Shown in pieces: positions 54,601 to 61,437 of a DNA stretch of 64,000 nucleotides (position 1 is its first letter; each line of letters opens with the position of its first letter). The notes beneath the pieces were generated by a model that was not told the DNA's origin, ran no database searches, and worked only from the letters and a program-made list of their open reading frames with translations. A program made the translations under genes and the position numbers. The DNA comes from Acidobacteriota bacterium (GTDB lineage: Bacteria; Acidobacteriota; Blastocatellia; Pyrinomonadales; Pyrinomonadaceae): positions 40,044 to 104,043 of the forward strand of contig JBKPOC010000087.1 of the NCBI GenBank assembly GCA_046732935.1, read 5' to 3'.

Positions 54601-57504
54601 CTCGATATTCCACCTCCACCAGCCCCGACACACTACGCGAACGCGACACTCTCTGAAATCGCCAACGCACTCGAAGCCGCGGCGCACGCGCCGAACACGG
54701 ATGAACGGAATGACGACGCACAGCCGCCCGGCGTCGACGAATGGGTCAGACAGTTTTCCGTCGAATTCGTCGAACGCGCTTTGCCGCGGCGTGAGCAGAG
54801 AAACGGAGAAACGGAGATGCGGAGAAACGGAGATCTTCCCGTCGCCGCTTCTCCCAATCTCCGCTTCTCCCAACTCCCTGTACCGTCCGCCACCGAAGAC
54901 TGGCGCATACTCGCCCCGCCAGATCACCCGCTCAAAGACGCGCTCGAAAAAACTTTCGCGCGCTCGGGTGCGGGCCGCGGCATCATCGTCGTTCTTCCGC
55001 CCGAGCCGGACGAGAGTCACATCCGTCTCCTGCTGGACGGCGCGCGCGCCGCGTTGAACGGCGGCGATGATTTTCGTTTTGTGCTCATCGAGCAGGGAGG
55101 CGGCGCGGCCAGCTTCGCGCGCACGCTCCACCTTGAAGCTAAGAATCTCAACACGTGCGTTGTTGTCGTGCCCACCGATCACCCCAACGCGGCAGAGTGG
55201 GTGCTTGCGGAAGCGCTCGCCGTGCGCGGCTACGCGGAAGCGCGCTACACGGCGGATGGCAAACGTTGCGAGCCGGTTCTGCGACCGCTCGTGACGGAAC
55301 GCGATCAGTGGGAACTGCCGCTCACGGCGCGCGACGTGTTGGTCGTCACTGGCGGCGCGCGCGGTATCACTGCGGAATGCGCGCTGCGGCTTGCACGCGA
55401 GTCTGGCGCGCGCCTCGCCATCTTTGGCCTGTCTCAACCGAACGCGGACGAAGAGATCGTCTCGAACCTGCAAAGGTTCAAGGCGGCGGGCATCGACTTC
55501 CGTTACTTCAGCGTTGACGTTACGGATGCCGCAGCGACACGCGAGGCTGTTCGTGATGTGGAGCGCGAGCTCGGCCCGGTCACCGCCATTCTGCACGGCG
55601 CAGCGCGAAATGTTCCGTGCCTAATCGAAAACCTCGACGCTGGCGCATTCGTGCAAACGTTAGCGCCGAAGATCCAAGGCGCGCGAAATCTCCTCGCCGC
55701 GATCAACGCAGATCGACTCCGTCTCTTCATCACCTTCGGCTCGATCATCGCGCGTACTGGATTACCTGGCGAAGCGCATTACGGTCTCGCAAACGAATGG
55801 CTCACGCGTTTGACGGAGCAGTGGCAAGCCGCGCACCCGCACTGCCGTTGTCTCGCCGTCGAGTGGTCTGTTTGGTCCGGCGTCGGCATGGGCGCGCGAC
55901 TCGGCACGGTGGATGAGTTGGCGCGGCAGGGCATCACGCCGATCGCAGTCGAGAAGGGTTTGGACGCGTTGCGCCGGCTGCTCTGCCGGAACTCCGCGAA
56001 CGTCGCTTCGGTCGTGATGGGACGCGTACGCGAGATGCCGACGATTGAAGTTGAGACGCCTGAGCTTCCGTTCATGCGCTTCCTCGAAAAGCCGCGCGTT
56101 TACTATCCGAAGATCGAACTCGTAGTCGATGCGGAGTTGTCGACGGCGACTGATCCGTATCTCGAAGACCACATGTTTCGCGGCGAGCGGCTGCTGCCGG
56201 CCGTGATGGGACTCGAGGCGATGGCCCAGGTCTTCATGGCACTCACCGAGACGAATCAGCCGCCGGTGTTCGAGCAGGTTAAGTTCGAGCGGCCGGTCGT
56301 CGTTGCTGAGGATGGCATCAATACGATTCGTGTCGCGGCGCTCGCGCGTGCGCCGGGACGCGTCGAGGTTGTACTGCGCAGCTCGGAGACGAACTTTCAG
56401 GTCGATCATTTTCGTGCGGTCTGTCGCAAGGCGAATGCGTCATTGGAAACAGCGCAACACGCGCTTGCGAGTACTCGCGTCACTGTCGACCCCGATCACG
56501 ATCTGTACGGCCGCGTGCTGTTTCATACAGGGCGCTTCCGGCGTCTTCGTGAGTACCGCGCGCTCAGGGCGACGGAATGCCTTGCGGAGATCGTGCCGGA
56601 CGGAAACGTCAACTGGTTCGGCCGGTATTTACCAGGCCGGCTCGTGCTCGGCGATCCAGGCGCTCGTGACGCTGCAATCCATGCGGTGCAGGCGTGCGTT
56701 CCGCAGATCACGCTTCTGCCCGTCGGCGTCGAGAAAGTGACAGGCAGCTTAAACGCGCCGGTTGGCGAGCTCTTTGTGCGGGCGCAGGAAAAAGAGCGTC
56801 TGGCGGATGGTTTCATTTACGACGTGGAATTGATCGACGCCGAAGGTCACGTGCGGGAGCGTTGGGAGCGGCTGCACTTGCGGGCGGTCGGGGGGACGGA
56901 TTTCAAGGGACCATGGCCGAAAGGATTGCTGGCGCCGTATGTCGAACGGCGGGTGCTCGAGTTGGTCCCTGGCGCGAGTGTGTCAGTCGCCTTTGAATGC
57001 GATCGAACGATGGAACGACGCGATCGAAGCAAGCGCGCGATCGAGAAGTCGCTTGGTGCATGCGGCATCATCAGGCGCGCGAACGGAAAACCCGAGGCGT
57101 GCGCCGGGCGCGACGTGTCAGCGTCGCACTCCGGCGATCTCACGATGGCCGTCGCCGGATCTTCTTCCGTCGGATGCGACCTCGAATTAGTCGCGAGGCG
57201 AACACCGGGAATCTGGTCCGACATGCTCGGCGTCGAGCGATTCAAACTCGCCGAACTGATCAGCCGTGAAGCACAGGAGTCCCTCGATGTTGCGGCGACA
57301 CGCGTCTGGACCGCTTCGGAGTGTCTGAAGAAAGCAGGCGCCGGCATGACTGCGCCTCTCGTCTTCACCGCCGCCGCGCCTGACGGTTGGATACTGCTCG
57401 CTTCCGGCGAGTTGAAAATTGTCTCGTGCGTGGTCCAGGCAGACGGCGAACAACAGGATCTGGCAATTGCATTATTAACGGGGGACGGAGATGCGAGCGT
57501 ATGA
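51682..57504 (+). CDS. pksE: Iterative type I polyketide synthase of the enediyne type (PKSE: KS-AT-ACP-KR-DH-PPTase)
   Basis: 1940 aa. KS motifs: TIDGACASS (Cys at 52315-52317), EGHGTGT and IGHTKAAAG. AT motif: VGHSLGE (Ser at 53635-53637). ACP-like LLDDLHLNSISVAQLV. KR motif VLVVTGGARGITAE. DH motif HMFRGERLLP. C-terminal PPTase-like motifs VGCDLELV and WTASECLKKAG. Confidence 0.9.
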   Translation: MRQAIAIVGMACRYPDARSPDELWENALAGRRAFRRIPAERLNLNDYLSSDRQSPDQTYSTQGAFIEGYEFDRARFRVPGATYRAADPAHWLTLDVAAAALEDAGFPEGDGLPRDTTGVFVGNTLTGEFSRANTLRLRWPYVRRVVRKVLEDDACSPEHQRELLAQIETLFKRPFPPVGAETLAGGLSNTIAGRVCNHFDLKGGGYTIDGACASSLLAVINACTSLAAGDLEVAVAGGVDLSTDPFELVGFAKTGALAGDAMRVYDARAAGFWPGEGCGLVVLMRHEDARLKGRRVYAVIRGWGVSSDGSGGITRPEVEGQLIALRRAYQRAGYGADTVAYFEGHGTGTAVGDATELQALARARREGSQTLPAVVSSIKAIIGHTKAAAGVAGLIKATMALGAQIMPPAVGCDEPHEELKGETLRTLKRGELFSTGASLRAGVSAMGFGGINTHVTLEAPHDDRRVSLTSKERALLASAQDAELFLFSAPDVAQLENQIERVLGYAERLSRSELTDLAVRLSETLRPLPLRAAVVAATPAELSARLETLKTRVRDGQLIDPHGGLFLGSERSPSVRIGFLFPGQGSPSYKNGGAWRGRFEFVEDLYAHMEEEWRGDGISTEIAQPAIVASSVAALRVLSRLGITASVAVGHSLGEFTALHWAGSLDEPSLLRIARARGRAMAEVKGPAGAMLSVAADRQAVEEILNGERVVIAGFNSPLQTVLSGEAAEISTVARRAEARGLRVRPLRVSHAFHSSLVASAGIGLSAHLEREEFRPLQRVVYSTVTGLQLDRTADLRGLLREQVTSPVRFMEAVDAAESVDLWLEVGPGQTLCGLVGEFRNEPAIALDAGGSSIRGLLNAVAACFCLGARVAHDELFAGRFARPFDLDWRPRFFVNPCELAPVDDDYSSSEQSEEVREITHVADGTPLEVVRQLVAERLELPIATIENDSRLLDDLHLNSISVAQLVAEAARRLDIPPPPAPTHYANATLSEIANALEAAAHAPNTDERNDDAQPPGVDEWVRQFSVEFVERALPRREQRNGETEMRRNGDLPVAASPNLRFSQLPVPSATEDWRILAPPDHPLKDALEKTFARSGAGRGIIVVLPPEPDESHIRLLLDGARAALNGGDDFRFVLIEQGGGAASFARTLHLEAKNLNTCVVVVPTDHPNAAEWVLAEALAVRGYAEARYTADGKRCEPVLRPLVTERDQWELPLTARDVLVVTGGARGITAECALRLARESGARLAIFGLSQPNADEEIVSNLQRFKAAGIDFRYFSVDVTDAAATREAVRDVERELGPVTAILHGAARNVPCLIENLDAGAFVQTLAPKIQGARNLLAAINADRLRLFITFGSIIARTGLPGEAHYGLANEWLTRLTEQWQAAHPHCRCLAVEWSVWSGVGMGARLGTVDELARQGITPIAVEKGLDALRRLLCRNSANVASVVMGRVREMPTIEVETPELPFMRFLEKPRVYYPKIELVVDAELSTATDPYLEDHMFRGERLLPAVMGLEAMAQVFMALTETNQPPVFEQVKFERPVVVAEDGINTIRVAALARAPGRVEVVLRSSETNFQVDHFRAVCRKANASLETAQHALASTRVTVDPDHDLYGRVLFHTGRFRRLREYRALRATECLAEIVPDGNVNWFGRYLPGRLVLGDPGARDAAIHAVQACVPQITLLPVGVEKVTGSLNAPVGELFVRAQEKERLADGFIYDVELIDAEGHVRERWERLHLRAVGGTDFKGPWPKGLLAPYVERRVLELVPGASVSVAFECDRTMERRDRSKRAIEKSLGACGIIRRANGKPEACAGRDVSASHSGDLTMAVAGSSSVGCDLELVARRTPGIWSDMLGVERFKLAELISREAQESLDVAATRVWTASECLKKAGAGMTAPLVFTAAAPDGWILLASGELKIVSCVVQADGEQQDLAIALLTGDGDASV

Positions 57505-57916
57505 GTACCGGCACATCGTCGGGTTTGAGGAGACGAACCTGGTTGGAAATGTTTACTACGCCAATCACGTGCGTTGGCAGGGGCGCTGCCGCGAGATGTT
57601 CCTTCGCGATCGCGCACCCGAGGTTATCGAAGCACTCAAGCACGGACTCGCGCTCGTGACCACGCGCGTGTCGTGCGAGTTCATGGCGGAGCTCGTCGCC
57701 TTCGATGAGATCATCCTGCGCATGCGCCTCGGCGAGTTGGGCCAAAACCGGATCACGATGAAGTTCGAGTACTGGCGTCACAGCGACGCGGGCGAAGAGT
57801 TGGTGGCGCGAGGCGAGCAACAAGTCGCCTGCATGCAGCGCGAGGGCGAACAGACGTTTCCCGTCCCCGTCCCGCCACAGTTACGCGAAGCGTTGAGAGA
57901 GTATGCGACAAGCTGA
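57491..57916 (+). CDS. Hotdog-fold (4HBT-type) thioesterase of the enediyne cassette (E10/CalE7/SgcE10-like)
   Basis: Overlaps the PKS stop codon by 14 nt. 141 aa. MRAYEYRHIVGFEETNLVGNVYYANHVRWQGRCREMFL is the typical N-terminus of this thioesterase family. Confidence 0.8.
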   Translation: MRAYEYRHIVGFEETNLVGNVYYANHVRWQGRCREMFLRDRAPEVIEALKHGLALVTTRVSCEFMAELVAFDEIILRMRLGELGQNRITMKFEYWRHSDAGEELVARGEQQVACMQREGEQTFPVPVPPQLREALREYATS

Positions 57917-58697
57917 AGACACCATTGCGTCACACCGGCGAGCGGTCGAACGCGTGATCACCGCGGCGCGTGAGCGGCTGTGTGAGCCGATCTCGTTGCA
58001 CGACATGTCGCGCGTTGCTTATCTCAGCCCGTTTCACTTCAATCGCGTGTTTCACGAGATCACGGGACTTCCGCCGGCGAAGTTCATCTCGGCGATGCGC
58101 TTGGAGGAAGCTAAGCGGCTGCTCCTGAACACGAACCTGAGCATCACGGACATCTGCTACGACGTCGGATGCAACAGTCTCGGCACTTTCACCAGGCGTT
58201 TCACTCAACGCGTCGGGCTTGGACCACGTGAGTTTCGATACCTCGCGGAACGGATCACGCCCTCCTCCGTCGAGTCACTTTGCTCGCATTACGCTGAGTT
58301 GGCAGGACGCGCGTTGCTGCACGCGTCGGTGGAAGGCTTCGTCGAGTTGTCTACACCAAGCGCCGGGCCGATCTTCGTCGGACTGTTCCCGGCGTATATA
58401 CCGCAGAGTCGTCCCGTCGGCGGCGCGCTACTGACGTCGCCGGGCGCTTTCCGTATCGGGCCGGTGCCCGATGGAACGTATCACCTTCTCGCCGCTGCGC
58501 TGCCGCCGCTCGCTGACACGCTTGGCTACCTGTTACCTGACACGGCGAAACTGTCGGTGGGTGCGGGGAATGGGCCAGTGATCGTCCGACAAGGCAGAGC
58601 GATCGCGAAGCCGACGATCACGTTGCGGCCGATGGCTCTGACCGATCCGCCACTCCTCGTCTCTCTGCCGTTTCTGCTCGCCGATACCCTGAAGTGA
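57903..58697 (+). CDS. AraC/XylS-family regulator with an N-terminal HTH and a C-terminal beta-sandwich-like domain
   Basis: Overlaps the thioesterase stop codon by 14 nt. The double HTH is ISLHDMSRVAYLSPFHFNRVFHEITG...LSITDICYDVGCNSLGTFTRRFTQRVGLGPREFR. The C-terminal GAFRIGPVPDGTYHLLA resembles CarboxypepD_reg-type sandwiches. Confidence 0.75.
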   Translation: MRQAEDTIASHRRAVERVITAARERLCEPISLHDMSRVAYLSPFHFNRVFHEITGLPPAKFISAMRLEEAKRLLLNTNLSITDICYDVGCNSLGTFTRRFTQRVGLGPREFRYLAERITPSSVESLCSHYAELAGRALLHASVEGFVELSTPSAGPIFVGLFPAYIPQSRPVGGALLTSPGAFRIGPVPDGTYHLLAAALPPLADTLGYLLPDTAKLSVGAGNGPVIVRQGRAIAKPTITLRPMALTDPPLLVSLPFLLADTLK

Positions 58698-60990
58698 GCT
58701 TGAGCAGGCTTGGAATCAGTAGCAGTGTGGTGACGGCGCAGGTGAGAAGGCACAAACAGATCATGACGCCGAGCTGCACGTTCGGAGCAATCTGAGACAA
58801 CATCAACACCGAGAAACCAGCCGTGATCGACGCGGCGCTGACGCAGACGGCCGGCCCCGTCGACTCGAGCGTGTGGCGCAGAGCTTCACTCGCCGGCATC
58901 CCTTGACTGAGTTTCTGTCGATACGCCGTCGCCAGGTGGATCGCAAAATCCAATCCGATGCCGAGCGCAATCCCGGCAAACATCGAGTTGGCGATTCCGA
59001 GCGGCGTCCCTACGAGCGCCAGCGCCGCAACGACCAGCAGCAGACTAAACGCCACCGGCAACACGGCGATGAGCCCGATCCGCGCCGACCCGAGCAGTAT
59101 CGTGATCAGAATCAGATCGGTCAGAAGCGCTAACGCAATCGACGACGCCTGCCCTGAGACCAGCAGCCGCACCGTCAGATAGCTGATCCACCCATCGCCG
59201 AAAGGAACGATCTTGTGGCCCAGCCCCTGGCGCGTCGTTTCGCGCTCCGCAGCCTGGAGCACGTTGTCGATACGGCTGTAATCGGCGTCGCGAATAAAGA
59301 CCGTCATACGCGCCCAACGCCGCTCCTCGTTAACCTTTTCGCCCATCGGCGCCTGCGTTGACTGCGAAAGCACCTTGAATGCGCGGTCGACGTCTGCCTG
59401 CGTAAAAGGCAAGCGTCCACTGCGCAACGACGCGCGGTAGGCGCCGTAGTTCAAACCGATGAGCGAGGCGTTTGTTCGCACCACGTCGTTGAAGAGACTG
59501 TTCACACCGCCGACGTGAGGCACTCTCGCAACGACCCATTCGAGCGAGCCCAGCGCAGCCACACCTTCGACGCTGTTGAACCAGCCGTCGCGCGTCGCAT
59601 CCACCATCAGTTCCAGCGCCGTCGTGCCGGCCAACTTTTCATCGAAGAATTTGTCGCCCTGCACGATGTCGCTCTTCGCGGGAAGATTTCGGATCCAACT
59701 GTCGTCGACGCGCAAACGCGTGATCGCGAGCGCTGCAAACACCGTGACGGCGAGAGCGCAGAGGACTACTCGCCGCGGACTCGCCTGGCTCGTCAACATA
59801 CGCAGCGCGCCTGCCGCCGGACGTCCGCCGAGGGCGACGGTAGGATCGCCCTTCACGCGGATGCGCGGCTTCAGGAGCGCCAGCAGTGCGGGAAGCAATG
59901 AGAACGTGAACAATGTCGAGAAGACAATCGCCGCCGAACCGAACAGTCCGAAAACGCGCAGCGGGTTCAGACTCACGGCCGCCATCGACAGCAACCCGAC
60001 GACAGTCGAAACAGCCGTCACGCCGACAGGTCGAGCCGCGCTGCTGAACGCCGCGACAATCGTTTCTTCGGTCTTCCGATCGTTAGCACGCCATGCCTCG
60101 TTGAAGTAATGACCAAGCGCGTAGACGTCGTCCGAAACGCCGACGGCGATCAGGACGACGGGCAGCACCAACGTCGTGACGAACACCGGCTGCCCCGTGA
60201 ACCCCATCAGTCCCGCCATCCAGATGAGGCTCACGCCGATTTCGATCAACGACAAAAACGCGGGCGCCGCGTGGCGAAACGATAGATACAACATCACGCC
60301 AAGGACGACGATGACGGCAGGAATCAAACGCGCGAGGTCGCGCGCCGTCGCCTCGCCAAGGACGGCCTGCGCCAACGCTGACCCGCTCAAATAAATCGCG
60401 TCTTTGCCGGACGACTCAGTCGCAATCAGCGCGCGCGTCTCTTCAAGCAGGCGGTAGCGATCGGCGTTCGGCTCGACCTTCGCGATGATGGCCGCTCCCT
60501 TGCCGTCGGCAGAGACGAGCGCGCCGGCGTTATAGCCTCGCTTGTTCACCTCGCGGCGCAATTGTTGAATGTCGTCCGGGCTCAACTCGTCCTCAGGCCG
60601 GAACAGCGGGCTGGTGTCGACTTTCCCATCAGCGAGAGCGACCCGCGGCACAGTCGCGAGACTGACGACAGAACCGGCGACAACTCCCTCAACGCGCGAA
60701 AGTCCGTCACTCAGTCGCGAGATCCGTCGCAGCGTCTCGGGCGTGTAGATCCCCGACTCCTCATTGCCGACGCCTATTAGCACCAGATCGCGCAGCTCGA
60801 AACGCGACGCCGCGACGTCACCTTCAGCAAACTCCGGAAGGTTCGAAGGGATTAAGGAGCGGCCGTCGAGCCGCAGTTGAATCCGGGGCACGTAGATGAG
60901 GGCACACAGGGTTATAGCGCCGACGAGCGTGACGACGAGGCGCGGGTGTCTGACGGAGAATCTCAGCAGACGAGTTATTAGGAACACCAA
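58618..60990 (-). CDS. MMPL/RND-superfamily exporter (12-TM, two large loops)
   Basis: It has two homologous halves, each with an N-terminal helix, a large soluble loop and a five-helix bundle (for example AVGVSDDVYALGHYF and GIALGIGLDFAIHLATAY). The start is a TTG at 60990 or a GTG at 60987. Confidence 0.8.
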   Translation of the reverse strand: MVFLITRLLRFSVRHPRLVVTLVGAITLCALIYVPRIQLRLDGRSLIPSNLPEFAEGDVAASRFELRDLVLIGVGNEESGIYTPETLRRISRLSDGLSRVEGVVAGSVVSLATVPRVALADGKVDTSPLFRPEDELSPDDIQQLRREVNKRGYNAGALVSADGKGAAIIAKVEPNADRYRLLEETRALIATESSGKDAIYLSGSALAQAVLGEATARDLARLIPAVIVVLGVMLYLSFRHAAPAFLSLIEIGVSLIWMAGLMGFTGQPVFVTTLVLPVVLIAVGVSDDVYALGHYFNEAWRANDRKTEETIVAAFSSAARPVGVTAVSTVVGLLSMAAVSLNPLRVFGLFGSAAIVFSTLFTFSLLPALLALLKPRIRVKGDPTVALGGRPAAGALRMLTSQASPRRVVLCALAVTVFAALAITRLRVDDSWIRNLPAKSDIVQGDKFFDEKLAGTTALELMVDATRDGWFNSVEGVAALGSLEWVVARVPHVGGVNSLFNDVVRTNASLIGLNYGAYRASLRSGRLPFTQADVDRAFKVLSQSTQAPMGEKVNEERRWARMTVFIRDADYSRIDNVLQAAERETTRQGLGHKIVPFGDGWISYLTVRLLVSGQASSIALALLTDLILITILLGSARIGLIAVLPVAFSLLLVVAALALVGTPLGIANSMFAGIALGIGLDFAIHLATAYRQKLSQGMPASEALRHTLESTGPAVCVSAASITAGFSVLMLSQIAPNVQLGVMICLCLLTCAVTTLLLIPSLLKLTSGYRRAETAERRGVADRSEPSAAT

Positions 60991-61089
60991 CCCTCATGTA
61001 TAGCAATTCGCGAAATTTTTCTTCTTCAATCTTGCTAAAGTTGTGAGGATCAACTAATCTCCTGTTGGTTATCAACATGAGGAGCCCAA

Positions 61090-61434
61090 ATGGGACACAC
61101 CAGTAACCAACTCATGCCCGGCACGCTCAACCTGATGGTGCTCAAGACACTGCACACGCTCGGCGCGCTGCACGGCTACGGCATCGCCCGTCGCATCGAG
61201 CAGATTAGCGGCGACGTGGTGCAGTTGAATCAGGGAACTATCTACCCGGCGCTCCTGCAACTCGAACAGATGGGCTGGATCAAATCGAAGTGGGGCGCGT
61301 CCGAAAACAACCGCCGCGCCAAGTACTACTCGATCACGCGCAAAGGCATAAAGCAGCTCACCGAAGAAGAAGAGAGTTGGCGCCGCACCTCCGAAGTCAT
61401 GCTCCGGTTCGTAGTACCAGCAGAGGAGAAGTAA
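61090..61434 (+). CDS. PadR-family transcriptional regulator (the type paired with ADOP permeases)
   Basis: GAGGAG Shine-Dalgarno. GTLNLMVLKTLHTLGALHGYGIARRIEQISGDVVQLNQGTIYPALLQLEQMGWIKSKW...RRAKYYSITRKG is a canonical PadR winged helix. Confidence 0.9.
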   Translation: MGHTSNQLMPGTLNLMVLKTLHTLGALHGYGIARRIEQISGDVVQLNQGTIYPALLQLEQMGWIKSKWGASENNRRAKYYSITRKGIKQLTEEEESWRRTSEVMLRFVVPAEEK

Positions 61435-61437
61435 AAG

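Noticed and set aside
53602-55596. A 664-aa ORF on the minus strand inside the PKS gene.
   Set aside because: It is antisense to a gene with clear KS/AT/ACP/KR motifs. It is extremely Arg/Ala-rich with no motifs, which is typical of a spurious antisense ORF in GC-rich DNA. The same applies to 51478-52158, 53084-53876, 55762-56409 and 56847-57617.
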